64,000 nucleotides of DNA from NCBI GenBank assembly GCA_002238805.1, contig MPNB01000007.1, positions 2,536 through 66,535 of the forward strand, in the 5' to 3' direction. Made by a program: the position numbers and the translations under genes. The stretch comes from Rhodothermaceae bacterium bin80 (GTDB lineage Bacteria > Bacteroidota > Rhodothermia > Rhodothermales > Bin80). Every line of letters starts with the position of its first letter. Position 1 is the first letter of the stretch. Positions 46,433 to 56,441 of this stretch are shown piece by piece. The notes beneath the pieces were generated by a model that made no database searches, was not told where the DNA came from, and saw only the letters and a program-made list of their open reading frames with translations.

Positions 46433-47345
46433 CTCCCGTATCTCCGGGCACATGGAACCCCGCACGTCGAATTAGTGCCAGAGGGGGCCGGAAGGACACT
46501 ACCTCGGTGTAACCACTCCCAAAGTACCCGAACCCGTTTTTTACATTGGAAAACGTCCCCGGCTCTACCAGAAAGTTTTCGTCAAACACCTCTACGGGTG
46601 AAACCCAGTTGGCATCTCCTACATGGACTGTGACATTCATTTCTCGTAGATCGATAATGTCTGGAGTTACGTTGTTATCCGCGTCGAACAATTTATAGAT
46701 ATCCAGATAGTCTTCTCGAAGATCAATATTGAGCAGAAACCCTTGCGGGTCTGGTATGGCATAGCCGGCGTAATTGAACACAACGGGTTTAAAGATCGGA
46801 TCGCTCCCGTTAATGTTAAATCCGACCAGAATGTACTCGACGTCAATGCGCGGGAGTGTAGGGGGGGCCCCTCTAATGAGCAGTGGCATGAATGCCTCGC
46901 CAGGTCTCAGTGTATCCGGTTCAAGCACAATCAGTTTGGCGAGCGCAGGTACAGTGGTTACCGCCTCTGTTTTTGCACCATCGGATCGTTCGACAACCAA
47001 ATGGTAGGTTTCTCCCGCCTTTGCTTCGAATGCCGACCAGTACACATGGCGGTAATCACCGTCATCCAGTTGTATAACGGAGTCACGCCATACCTGTATG
47101 TCTCCTGTCTGCATACGTGTGGTTCGCACTACCGCATCAATGGGTTCGGGGCGGATCAAAGAGATGTTATTTTTTATTTCGAAGACGCGTACAGCATGCG
47201 TATCAGCTTTCGGGTTGATAATGCCGAAAACGGAAAACGGGTATTCGATTTCCAGGCGTGTTTCTACGGTTTCGGAGCACGCTGAAAAGAGGAGCAGTAC
47301 AGCTGCTGCTAAGACAAGGCTCTTGCGCATATCAGTCAAAGTCAA
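46425..47345 (-). CDS. DUF4249-like lipoprotein (TonB-receptor partner)
   Basis: The lipoprotein signal is LLLFSACS. It is beta-rich and sits immediately downstream of, and overlapping, the TonB-dependent receptor gene. Confidence 0.6.
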   Translation of the reverse strand: MTLTDMRKSLVLAAAVLLLFSACSETVETRLEIEYPFSVFGIINPKADTHAVRVFEIKNNISLIRPEPIDAVVRTTRMQTGDIQVWRDSVIQLDDGDYRHVYWSAFEAKAGETYHLVVERSDGAKTEAVTTVPALAKLIVLEPDTLRPGEAFMPLLIRGAPPTLPRIDVEYILVGFNINGSDPIFKPVVFNYAGYAIPDPQGFLLNIDLREDYLDIYKLFDADNNVTPDIIDLREMNVTVHVGDANWVSPVEVFDENFLVEPGTFSNVKNGFGYFGSGYTEVVSFRPPLALIRRAGFHVPGDTGDG

Positions 47346-49584
47346 TTCTCAGGCCGGCGACCGGCACAATTGGTAACTGATAATTACGCTCGGTAGTGAA
47401 TAAATCCAGTGCAAATAGGTTACGCCTGTTGTAGGCGTTAATCACTCCGACCTGTGCGGTTAGGATGAATTTATCAAGGACAAATTCCCGTTCAAGTGAT
47501 ACGTCCAGTCTGTGATAAGTTGGAAGTAGTCCCTGGAAGGGTTGACCATAGATCACGCGCTGATCATCCGGCACCGTAAAAAGATTCTGAATACCATCCA
47601 GTAGGACGAACCCATCGAACCCGTACACATGATTAAAGGGGCGGCCGCTACCAAAATTCCATCGTGCGCTGACATCAATGCCGGATACACGTGTAGTTGC
47701 GACTACATTTAGTTGATGTCTGCGGTCATGAGGTGGACGAAATTCCAGGCTTTCACTTCCAAACCACAACTCGGCGGAGGGTTGTTTAGAAGTGTAGCGT
47801 ACACTGGAAAGGCCATAGTTGATGTATCCGTACAGTCTTGGTTGTCGAACTTCGGCTCGCAATTCGATTCCCATAGCCCGGCCATCGGCCCGTTGCAGAC
47901 GAGACGTAAAGCGGGGGTAGGCAGTCCACTCGGCAATAAAGAGATCGCTCAGCTGTTTGTAGTAGGTTTCTGCGGATAATTCAAGCCATGGATAGGGGCT
48001 TACACGGTAGCCAGTCAGTGCATGAATTGAGCGTGAGAGTTTTTCTGTTGGCGCGCTGCGCCATGAAGTAAAGATATTGGTTGCGTCCCTCCGATCATTG
48101 AGTCCGAAAATTTCCTGGTGATACCAGCCGGCCCCCAAGCTCACTTCGTGCTCCCTGCGCTGCCAGATAACCCGGGCACGTGCTTCAAAATTATTGCGGT
48201 CTTCCTGTCCAGGGAATACCTCTGCGATCCCTGTTAAACGGGCTCTCAGTTCGGAGGTGATGTAGAAATCCGGTTCAAGGTATATGCCAGCTTTGTGACG
48301 TCGACTTACACCAACTTCAAGATCCTGGAAAAGTCCGCCCAAGTGGGCGGTTACCTGTGGTGCCCGCCAATACAGCCCCCATTTCCATTGTGTCCGCTGA
48401 TAAAAGCTATTCATATGGACAGCGTACTGGAATCCTGAGATTCTTGACCAGCGCACTGGATTGTTTGCGGGTCCCTGATCGGTTTTGAGGTAGGAGTAAG
48501 AGAGCTGTATTTCGGCAACGAAGGGCAGTGCTCGTGGAAGAACGACGTAGCGCAAACCAATTGCCGCGTTGCGCCAACCTACTTCTTCGAGAATCTTATC
48601 TGCCGACTCCAGGCCAATGTTCCCCCGGTCATTCGTATAAAGGGCACTGATTGAGAGCTGACTGTTGGAGCTGATCTGCCCATGTACTTTGAGAAAAGCA
48701 TCTCCGAAAGTGTACGGTGTTTCTTGAGCGATATAGTGCTGAGCAAATTGTTTGACAACAGATTGGCGCGCTGAGGCCATAAAGGAAAGTCTGTTGTAAA
48801 TCAGTGGGCCCTCGATCTGTGCTGAGCTTACAAAGGGAGCGATGGAAGCAGCCCCGGTATAGTTGCGTTTATCTCCGTTACGGGATCTGATGTCAATGAC
48901 CGAAGAAATACGGCCCGTAAAGGGTGCACCGTATCCGGCTGTGTGAATATCCGCCTGGTGAATAATATCGGAGGAAAAGGCTGAGTAGAATCCCAGAATA
49001 TGGTAGGGCTGATAGACGTACATACCGTCTATTAGTGTCATATTGTGCGAGGGCTCGCCTCCACGGATATAGTATTGGCCGCCTCGGTCGCCGAGTGTGA
49101 CTACACCAGGTAGTGTGGTCAGAAAACTGGCTAGGTCGCCAGACACATCTGGTGTTGGCAGGAGATCCATATCCTTGGGACTTATGGTTTGCAGTCCGGC
49201 GGTTACTCGGGCTGCCCCGGCCTCAAGCTCGGCTTCGACAATCGCCTCTTCCAACATTGCTGGTGAGGTTTGCAACGCTATGTTAAGGTTCAGTCTCTGC
49301 CCCGTCTGGAAGACTAGGGTATCCGACCAAGCGGTGTACCCGACAAATGAAAAGCGCAGCACATATGTACCCGCTGGGATGCGTGTAAGGTTGTAGATCC
49401 CATCACTATCGGTCACACCGCCCCTCAGTCCCCCAGTGTCGCTTTCCAGAACGACATTCACACCCACAAGGGCTTCCAGGTCATCGGCATCAGTTACAAA
49501 GCCCCGGATGCTTGCAGTCTGTCCAATGGCTATACCGCTCCACACAGACAGTGCGATCAGGAGCAGTAGTCGTCGAATATTCAC
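47332..49584 (-). CDS. TonB-dependent receptor with carboxypeptidase-regulatory-like N-domain
   Basis: A signal peptide is followed by a CarbopepD_reg-like start (IRGFVTDADDLEALVGVNV) and a plug region. The C-terminus is a beta-barrel ending in ...GLRIDFD. Confidence 0.85.
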   Translation of the reverse strand: MNIRRLLLLIALSVWSGIAIGQTASIRGFVTDADDLEALVGVNVVLESDTGGLRGGVTDSDGIYNLTRIPAGTYVLRFSFVGYTAWSDTLVFQTGQRLNLNIALQTSPAMLEEAIVEAELEAGAARVTAGLQTISPKDMDLLPTPDVSGDLASFLTTLPGVVTLGDRGGQYYIRGGEPSHNMTLIDGMYVYQPYHILGFYSAFSSDIIHQADIHTAGYGAPFTGRISSVIDIRSRNGDKRNYTGAASIAPFVSSAQIEGPLIYNRLSFMASARQSVVKQFAQHYIAQETPYTFGDAFLKVHGQISSNSQLSISALYTNDRGNIGLESADKILEEVGWRNAAIGLRYVVLPRALPFVAEIQLSYSYLKTDQGPANNPVRWSRISGFQYAVHMNSFYQRTQWKWGLYWRAPQVTAHLGGLFQDLEVGVSRRHKAGIYLEPDFYITSELRARLTGIAEVFPGQEDRNNFEARARVIWQRREHEVSLGAGWYHQEIFGLNDRRDATNIFTSWRSAPTEKLSRSIHALTGYRVSPYPWLELSAETYYKQLSDLFIAEWTAYPRFTSRLQRADGRAMGIELRAEVRQPRLYGYINYGLSSVRYTSKQPSAELWFGSESLEFRPPHDRRHQLNVVATTRVSGIDVSARWNFGSGRPFNHVYGFDGFVLLDGIQNLFTVPDDQRVIYGQPFQGLLPTYHRLDVSLEREFVLDKFILTAQVGVINAYNRRNLFALDLFTTERNYQLPIVPVAGLRIDFD
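49479..49523. repeat. 45-bp segment of the TonB-receptor 5' coding region, duplicated at 50605-50649
   Basis: ggtcatcggcatcagttacaaagccccggatgcttgcagtctgtc matches ggtcagaggcatcaattacaaagccccggatgcttgcagtctgtc with 3 mismatches. Confidence 0.8.
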
Positions 49585-49710
49585 TGTTAGGAACCAGGTG
49601 GATAAATAACTAGAATAGCGTTGTCGTTAAGGAAAGATAATGGAAGAAGCGTTAGGTTGAGTGCTACTGCAGACATAAAAAGATTATCGTAACTTGACGG
49701 GGCGATTATC

Positions 49711-50568
49711 ATGACCAGAATGTCACAGTCACGCCGAGAGTTTTTAGGAGCAATGGGTGCTGCCCTGGGATTAGCTGCCTACCAGCAAGGAAGCAGCAGA
49801 GCGCAACCCAATTCTACCGCCCAGATAGCAGTTCAGTTGTACTCTGTACGCGATCACATTCAATCTGAACATGACGCTGTTGAGGTGTTCAGCAGGTTGT
49901 CTGCAATGGGATATCGTAATGTGGAGACCGCATTTTGGCCCGAGGGCCTGAGTGTTTCACGTGTGGGGCAGTTGCTTCGTGAGGCGGGATTGGAAGTTAT
50001 CTCTGCTCATGTGGAGTTACCTGTGGGGGATGAGCGGGAGGTCATGTTGAGGACTGCCGAGGCTTACGAGTGCACCCGTATGGTTTGGCATGGCTGGCCT
50101 ATGGATGATCGCTATCGCTCCAATGAAGGAGTTGATGAACTGACTGAGCTGTATAACGAATGCCATGAGTTCGCAAGCCAGAACGGGCTCACGCTGTATT
50201 TACACAACCATTGGTGGGAATTTGAACAACTGCCCGATGGATCCCTACCGTATTATCGGCTCCTAGAGGGATTGAATACAGAGATTCTCTTCGAAATCGA
50301 TACTTGGTGGACTCTGGTCGCCGGGCTCAATCCAGCAACTGTACTGAAGGATTTTGGACGTCGTGCACCGCTCCTGCACATCAAGGATGGTGCGGTTATT
50401 AATACTGAGGGTCCTATGGTAGCAATAGGCACGGGGCTTCAGGATTTCCCTGCGATCACGTCTGCCGCTGCTGCAGATTACTGGATTGTTGAGTTTGATA
50501 GCTGTGAGACCGATATGTTTGAAGCGCTCGCGAGCAGCTACAACTATCTCTCGGAGCTCAGTATGTGA
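49711..50568 (+). CDS. Tat-signal sugar phosphate isomerase/epimerase (xylose-isomerase-like TIM barrel)
   Basis: The N-terminus is SRREFLGAMGAALGLAA and the pattern is TIM-barrel-like (QLYSVRD, LYLHNHWWEF, LHIKDG). Confidence 0.75.
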   Translation: MTRMSQSRREFLGAMGAALGLAAYQQGSSRAQPNSTAQIAVQLYSVRDHIQSEHDAVEVFSRLSAMGYRNVETAFWPEGLSVSRVGQLLREAGLEVISAHVELPVGDEREVMLRTAEAYECTRMVWHGWPMDDRYRSNEGVDELTELYNECHEFASQNGLTLYLHNHWWEFEQLPDGSLPYYRLLEGLNTEILFEIDTWWTLVAGLNPATVLKDFGRRAPLLHIKDGAVINTEGPMVAIGTGLQDFPAITSAAAADYWIVEFDSCETDMFEALASSYNYLSELSM

Positions 50569-50600
50569 CCGTAGTACAAGTCGGCAATCAGGCAAGACCT
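50331..50600. repeat. left copy of a ~270-bp direct repeat (intact 3' end of the isomerase gene)
   Basis: It aligns with 51581-51849 at roughly 90% identity by eye. Confidence 0.85.
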
Positions 50601-50604
50601 TGTG

Positions 50605-50649
50605 GGTCAGAGGCATCAATTACAAAGCCCCGGATGCTTGCAGTCTGTC
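50605..50649. repeat. copy of TonB-receptor segment 49479-49523
   Basis: See the 49479-49523 entry. It has the same orientation and lies immediately after the end of the left 270-bp repeat. Confidence 0.8.
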
Positions 50650-50824
50650 TGGACGCCGAAAAAAGACTCAAGCGGATCCCCAACAACCCACAACTGAGAG
50701 CCCTGGTTCACAGGATTGAGCACTATCATGAACCCGTAGGTCACTATCTTCGAACCTCACGTCACGCCCCCTTAACCAACTAACATTTTAGAATCCCCAC
50801 AATCACAATTTTGGAAGTACCCAA

Positions 50825-51361
50825 ATGATATTTATGATAGAGCAGTCAGGGATTCCCGCAATTCCGATTGATGCACCTGATCCGACAACCGCCCTGCTAT
50901 CGCATTTGAGAGCATGGGATCGTACAGGGCAATTGAATATTGAAGTGATAGAAGATGAACATTCCGCATGCGATTACATCGTTAGAAACGAAGAGCACGG
51001 AATCAGAGTGAGATTTTCGGTAAAACCAAAAAATGACGGAAGGGAGAATAACCAGGAACCGAGGAGTGTGGACCAAGAAGATCAGATTTCAAGAAGTAGC
51101 TGGGTGACGACACTGATTCTATGCTTACTTTTGACGGGTGCGCATCGTATTTATGTCGGGAAAACGGGTACAGGTATAGTAATGCTTGTTTTAATTGTTT
51201 TTGCTTGGTGCGATGTTATCACTATGGGAATGGGAGGGGGAGCGGCTAGCCTCATCATTATTATACCGCTACTAATTTGGTCTGTGATAGATCTTGTTAA
51301 GATCCTAAGAGGAGAATTCACTGATAAGCACGGCAACCGGATTAGAGAAAAAAGGCAGTGA
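50825..51361 (+). CDS. TM2 domain-containing membrane protein with an unknown N-terminal domain
   Basis: The C-terminal half has the TM2 pattern (WVTTLILCLLLTGAHRIYVGKTGTGIVMLVL) followed by a second helix. Confidence 0.65.
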   Translation: MIFMIEQSGIPAIPIDAPDPTTALLSHLRAWDRTGQLNIEVIEDEHSACDYIVRNEEHGIRVRFSVKPKNDGRENNQEPRSVDQEDQISRSSWVTTLILCLLLTGAHRIYVGKTGTGIVMLVLIVFAWCDVITMGMGGGAASLIIIIPLLIWSVIDLVKILRGEFTDKHGNRIREKRQ

Positions 51362-51580
51362 CGATAATTCTTACTAAGGCATAGATTGCCGATGATACGT
51401 GCTGGGATCCACCGTGCGTATTGACATCTCCAAGCTCATCTGCGTCATCATTTTTGTCTATCAGTTCAAGGGCTTTTGTGCCTTATGCATCTGGTAACGG
51501 AGCCAAATACCCTTCTTTCTGGAGGAGTTTGATGAGCTGTTTTCGGTTACTTTTGCGGAGTGCATTATAGTGTCCAATTA

Positions 51581-51849
51581 TCCAGCCAGCAGCTGTACTG
51601 AATTGGACCTCGTGCACCGCTCCTGCACATCAAGGATGGTGCGTTCATTAATACTGAGGGCCCTATGGTAGCGATAGGCACGGGGCTTCAGGATTTTTCT
51701 GCGATCACGTCTGCCGCTGCCGCAGATTACTGGATTGTTGAGTTTAATAGCTCTGAGATCGATATGTTTTAAGCGCTTGCGAGTAGCTACAATTATCTCT
51801 CGGAGCTCATAATTTGACTGTAGTACAAGTCAGCAATCAGGCAAGACCT
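51581..51849. repeat. right copy of the ~270-bp direct repeat (non-functional isomerase 3' remnant)
   Basis: It carries a TAA where the intact copy has GAA (atatgttttaagcgc versus atatgtttgaagcgc). It ends at the stop codon of the convergent gene 51848-53764. Confidence 0.85.
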
Positions 51850-53764
51850 AACTATCAACAACACGAATGATGCCGCGCATGGTGTTTGCGTGGCCCGGGA
51901 ATGTGCATACGAAAACGTACTCGCCGGGCGTATCCGGGACACTGAAGACAATTGTATCTGAAACTCCCGGTTCGAGCAGCTTGGTATGAGCTACGACAGC
52001 ATCCGAGACGGGCACATATTGCATCTCATGTCCTTTTAGTCCCAGTTGCATTGCGGCCAAGGCGACTTCATCTGCTGCATCGCTTTCGACGACCACCAGG
52101 TTGTGTAACATATCATCGTCGTTATTGAAGGTAAATGTGACATTGCTGCCTGCAGGTACAGTGAATTCAGTCGTGCTGAATTGCAGGTTTGGCAACGTAC
52201 CCACGGACAGTGCTACAGTGGTCTCATCTTCAGAAACCTGTACGTTGTTAGCTACAGGTTGTACAGCATTTTCGCCGACTTCAGTCAGCAGTGATGCTCC
52301 CTCCGGTGCCCTGTTTACCGTATAGAACGCAGTAGGATGCAGCAGTGGGAGTCCATCTTTTGAGCGTAAACCTTGAGCGGTTACCGAATAGATGTATCCT
52401 TCGCGAAGACCATCTAGTACCAAACGAACTTCTTGGCCGCCCTCAGACACGACGGCGGTTCTTACTGTATGTGAAGCGATGTTGATAGGCTCACTGCCGT
52501 AGGTGGAGTGGTATTTATAGGTAAAGCTCTCTACGGAATAGCTGGCAGCATTGCCGGCTGAAGCTTTATCCACGGGTTGTGTCAGCGTGATCAAAAATCC
52601 GTCCGGCATGATGCGAACCTCATGCATCTCAAACGGGATTTTGCCGGTCCATACGAGTCGTTGCAATGCATACGGTTTGCCGCCCGTGGCAGCCCAGCCT
52701 CGACTGGTTTGACCGACCATCATTCCACCTTCAGGATCCCACGCCATACGTAGTACTCCAGAGGCAAAACCTTCCCGAAAGGCAATCGCTGCCCCTTGGT
52801 ACACCCCTTGCACTTTCTCCAGATAAACACGTGCGATCTTGCTATGCCCCTGATCGCCCACGAACAATTGCCCTTCAAAGAGTCCAAATTTGCCATCTGT
52901 GGTATCAGGGACGATATCCGACGTGGATATGCCCAAAATCGTGTGGGGAAACCAGACTGCCGGTGGCTTAAGGGCGTCAATTTCTTTGGCAACTTCGAAG
53001 AGGGGCTTTCCGGTATCCGGTATATCCTCTGGATTTAGGGACAATGGGGAGTCAGGTTCATCCGTCCAGCGTAGTCCGGCAGGGTTGCCCACAAAATCTC
53101 CGGTTTCCACATGTGTGATGTATCCGGAGCCAACCCAATCTCCCTGGTTCTCTGCATAAAACAGATCACCAGCCGCATTCATGCCCATACCGGCAGGGGA
53201 ACGCATACCCGTAGCAATGGGGGTCATTTGGCCATTACTGTCGATCGACAGCATCCAGCCGCGCCACTTGGATTGGCTAGCACCGTATCCGATCCATCCT
53301 AGGTTTAGCGCCACCACCATAGATCCATCTTGTTGTATGAGCGGACCGTACGAGTACTCATGATAATTGCCTTCCAAGGGCCAAGTATACACGGTTTTGT
53401 AATGGTCTGCGGTGGCGTCTCCATTGGCATCCATGAGGCGGGTCAGTTCACCACGCTGTGCAGTATAGAAAGCGCCGTTGTGCCAGGCTAGCCCAAGGGC
53501 TTCGTGAAGACCATATGCAAAACGCTGAAAATGGGGCGGTGATGATCCAGCCATGACTGGATCATCAATCAGCCATACTTCACCCCGTCGTGTAGCAACA
53601 CCAAGACGGCCGTCTGGGGTAAAGGACATGCCCCCGACCTCAAGTACAATATCTTGTGGGATGGGGACAGTATCTATGCGATAGTAGTCCGATTCCTGTG
53701 GTACCTGTGCCAGACAAGGCAAGGCAATGGTCAGCGACAGAATAACTCCGAAGAAAATTTTCAT
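51848..53764 (-). CDS. beta-propeller sugar-dehydrogenase-like protein with a C-terminal cupredoxin (azurin/plastocyanin-type) domain
   Basis: A signal peptide is followed by a propeller-like N-terminal 400 aa. The C-terminal copper-site context is DDMLHNLVV ... VFVCTFPGHANTMRG (His, Cys, His, Met). Confidence 0.75.
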   Translation of the reverse strand: MKIFFGVILSLTIALPCLAQVPQESDYYRIDTVPIPQDIVLEVGGMSFTPDGRLGVATRRGEVWLIDDPVMAGSSPPHFQRFAYGLHEALGLAWHNGAFYTAQRGELTRLMDANGDATADHYKTVYTWPLEGNYHEYSYGPLIQQDGSMVVALNLGWIGYGASQSKWRGWMLSIDSNGQMTPIATGMRSPAGMGMNAAGDLFYAENQGDWVGSGYITHVETGDFVGNPAGLRWTDEPDSPLSLNPEDIPDTGKPLFEVAKEIDALKPPAVWFPHTILGISTSDIVPDTTDGKFGLFEGQLFVGDQGHSKIARVYLEKVQGVYQGAAIAFREGFASGVLRMAWDPEGGMMVGQTSRGWAATGGKPYALQRLVWTGKIPFEMHEVRIMPDGFLITLTQPVDKASAGNAASYSVESFTYKYHSTYGSEPINIASHTVRTAVVSEGGQEVRLVLDGLREGYIYSVTAQGLRSKDGLPLLHPTAFYTVNRAPEGASLLTEVGENAVQPVANNVQVSEDETTVALSVGTLPNLQFSTTEFTVPAGSNVTFTFNNDDDMLHNLVVVESDAADEVALAAMQLGLKGHEMQYVPVSDAVVAHTKLLEPGVSDTIVFSVPDTPGEYVFVCTFPGHANTMRGIIRVVDS

Positions 53765-53770
53765 GCTAGA

Positions 53771-55600
53771 TTACCACACAATGAGATATTTAGCTGTTGT
53801 TTTATCAGCATCTTGATCTAGGGGGACCATAAGCACCTGACCATTTTCGGTTGATTGGATCACTGCGTTTGCTGCCTCCTCGATATACCAGGTGAATCCG
53901 TCAATGGCATAACGATCATCACCGAGTGCGTCTATCTGATCACTTACTGCTGCACGTACCCACATTGATGCGTCTGTGATACCACTTAGGGTCACGGTGC
54001 GTGACAACCCTGCTCCGTCACTGTGAGGTTGTATATGATCCTCCAAACTCGCCTCTCCCAATGAGTATGTGAATACGGGATGAGGGCTGAGTCGATAGCC
54101 CGTGAATTTGAGTGTTTCGCCGGTACTTATTTTGTACGCTGACTCTCCCGAGAATGTCAACGTACTTCCGAGTGGAGTAACAGTCTGGTCGTGTCCTCGG
54201 TTATGCCACATTGATGCGGCATCCAGGAAAGGTCCACGCCATGCGTACAGTAGTGACCCGTCAGCCAGATCAAGGCTATAGTGCACGTTATCGGGGTTGC
54301 CAACACTGACTGCATGGGTTCGTTTAGCTCCCTGGTGAACTACAAATCCGCGTAGAACCAAGGGCACGTCACTGGTTGTTACTGGAATACGCTCTACTGG
54401 TGCAGACCTTCGGGTAGGATGGAGCAGGGCTTCCACCTGTATAGTAGGTCCCTCTACGCTCAGTGTGACGGATGGAGGTCCCCAACCGACGGTTTTGTAG
54501 TAGCTAAAAGTAAACGGGTGAGCCCCTTGGCTAAGTTGTGTATCTGCATACACGGTGGTCTGATTATGTGCGTGTTTGAGGACGTTTTGCCCCGAGATTT
54601 GCAGCAATGCACCTCCAATCGGGCGACCCCTCCAGTGAGGATCTCCGGTAATCCAGCCTAGTGCGGCCCCAAATCGGTATGTGCCACTCTGGGGGATGTG
54701 GATTTTACCCTCATAGCGAACAGCAACTGGGTTCGTGGACGTAACAGTATGCTCTTGAAGAGTATTGGCAGTTCCTGTCAATGTTGGTGTTCCCACACCG
54801 TTCCATATTGCTTCTTCCAACGGTTCGTCATGATATTCGTGGTAGGTGACGTCGGTCACAGATACCGATTCACTCCCAAATGTGCGGTAGCTAAAATTCC
54901 GAAACGCTACAGGTCCGTGATCTCCCTGGATCATGAGGGGACCAGTGGGGGCTTCACCTTCAAACCCGGCAGCACGCGTGGGACCCGAAACGGTTACATT
55001 CTCCTGAATGATACTGCCATTGAGTATAACCTGGACGAAACGGGCATGCCGTACCTTGCGGCCGCTCTCATCGAATTCGGGTGCTTCAAATACGATACGC
55101 AGTTTTTGCCATAGGCCTGGTGCACGACTAGCATTCAGGCGTGGTGGGCGCCCTTCGAATCCTTGTTGTTTGGATTCGTCCCAGCGCCGATAGATCCCGC
55201 CAACATCCCCAAATGTTACCTGTGAACGCCTCCAGCTATCTAACAGCTGGACCTCATAACGGCCTTGAAGATAGATGCCGGAATTAGATCCCTGAGGCAT
55301 CATAAACTCAAGTTCAAGTTCTATATCTCCGTGTGACCAGCTGGTGTAGAGATTGGCGCGGGCTTCCTCAGAAGGTTGATTAACGAGGACACCCGTTCCT
55401 GGGGAAATGACCAAGTTATGGTGAATATGTCGATTCCCCTGCACGCTCCCGGCCAGTTTCCAGTTTTTTCCCGGTTCATCGAAAGCGGACAGTGACACCA
55501 GCGACATAGGTTGCAGCGGTAAGCGTGGTTGTGCGTTTACAGCGAAGCTGATCGTAAACAGCGCGGCGAGGATGAGGGAGATGCGCATTAAAAAGGGCAT
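53771..55600 (-). CDS. DUF1080 (3-keto-disaccharide hydrolase-like) plus PA14-like multidomain secreted protein
   Basis: A signal peptide is followed by DUF1080 motifs (NWKLAGSV, GDIELELEFMMPQGSNSGIYLQGRYEVQLLDS). A PA14-like segment follows (VRYEGKIHIPQSGTYRFGA). Confidence 0.75.
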   Translation of the reverse strand: MPFLMRISLILAALFTISFAVNAQPRLPLQPMSLVSLSAFDEPGKNWKLAGSVQGNRHIHHNLVISPGTGVLVNQPSEEARANLYTSWSHGDIELELEFMMPQGSNSGIYLQGRYEVQLLDSWRRSQVTFGDVGGIYRRWDESKQQGFEGRPPRLNASRAPGLWQKLRIVFEAPEFDESGRKVRHARFVQVILNGSIIQENVTVSGPTRAAGFEGEAPTGPLMIQGDHGPVAFRNFSYRTFGSESVSVTDVTYHEYHDEPLEEAIWNGVGTPTLTGTANTLQEHTVTSTNPVAVRYEGKIHIPQSGTYRFGAALGWITGDPHWRGRPIGGALLQISGQNVLKHAHNQTTVYADTQLSQGAHPFTFSYYKTVGWGPPSVTLSVEGPTIQVEALLHPTRRSAPVERIPVTTSDVPLVLRGFVVHQGAKRTHAVSVGNPDNVHYSLDLADGSLLYAWRGPFLDAASMWHNRGHDQTVTPLGSTLTFSGESAYKISTGETLKFTGYRLSPHPVFTYSLGEASLEDHIQPHSDGAGLSRTVTLSGITDASMWVRAAVSDQIDALGDDRYAIDGFTWYIEEAANAVIQSTENGQVLMVPLDQDADKTTAKYLIVW

Positions 55601-55730
55601 GGATAGTTATTGGGTCCTAATTTGAAGCCATCAGTCCCGCGGTACTACCCGAAACGTTCACTCTATTGGTTCTACCGCAATTAGTGTGGAATGATTAAAT
55701 TTGGGCTTCATCAAAATATAGTGCAATCGT

Positions 55731-56130
55731 ATGGACTCTTATCTGGATTTGACGCGCCCCACCTTGGGATTGGGAAACGACTGGAAGATTGACAAGGTGC
55801 TGCTAGATGAGCAGATTCAGCGGATTGACATCTACATTTTGCATTCGGGGGTGCGTTAGTTTGTCCCGAGACGGGAGAGACCGGGACGCTCTATGATCAT
55901 CGGAAAGTGCGGACTTGGCACCACTTGGATTGCTACGAATTCAAGTGTTTTGTCCATTGCCGGGTTCCCAGGATAGATGTAGGTATGCGTACGATTAAGA
56001 CACCCTGGGCGAGTGCCTCGAATTGATTTACGGATGCGTTTGAACGGTGGACGATAAATGGATTGATCCAAAAGATCAAAACTCTTCATCGTGACTCCGA
56101 CCTAGTTGCCGAATCCGTTCAGTTGAATTA
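55731..56130 (+). pseudogene. ISL3-family transposase N-terminal remnant (frameshift, nonsense codon, 3' truncation)
   Basis: MDSYLDLTRPTLGLGNDWKIDKV...IYILHSG is followed by a frameshift near 55850. The next stretch is LVCPETGETGTLYDHRKVRTWHHLDCYEFKCFVHCRVPRIDVGMRTIKTPWASASN. A TGA at 56024-56026 sits where the family has Arg, and FTDAFERW follows. The DDE catalytic part is absent. Confidence 0.55.
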
Positions 56131-56140
56131 GGCTGCCTGC

Positions 56141-56224
56141 CTTGCTCGGACGCAATACGTCGTCCAGTGTCAGACGAATTTACCTGCGGATCACCCCCTC
56201 TGGGGTTGATTCCATACTCGTGTC
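56141..56224. repeat. left copy of an imperfect ~85-bp direct repeat flanking the SDH-protease cassette
   Basis: The first 50 nt align without gaps to 57461-57510 at 35 of 50 identical (counted by hand). Shared cores include gtca.acgaattta.c.gcgg and ccatactc.tgtc. Confidence 0.5.
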
Positions 56225-56441
56225 ACCTATTTCTATTGCTTTGCCATCTAGAGGATGACGGAGTACGAGCGTCCTGACCTCTCGTATGTGCCGGATCTGG
56301 AATACGGGGGCCGGAATGTGGGATATCAATCCCCATTTTTTTCAACCTGTTTCCCATGTCATCCGCGATTTTTGCGAAATCCATGTCAAAATGTTTCCCG
56401 GCTTTCGAAATGTTCTTGTGTTGTCGATCAATCTTATCCAT
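56223..56441 (-). CDS. small hypothetical protein downstream of the SDH protease (possibly truncated by the repeat)
   Basis: The 72-aa ORF overlaps the protease stop by 8 nt. Only the first ~40 residues look protein-like, and the 3' part runs into the repeat. Confidence 0.3.
   Translation of the reverse strand: MDKIDRQHKNISKAGKHFDMDFAKIADDMGNRLKKMGIDIPHSGPRIPDPAHTRGQDARTPSSSRWQSNRNR

Larger units (their letters stand above)
50601..51580. mobile_element. ~1-kb inserted cassette carrying a TM2-domain gene (no recombinase)
   Basis: It lies between the two repeat copies. Its first ~50 bp duplicate part of the TonB-receptor gene. Confidence 0.45.
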
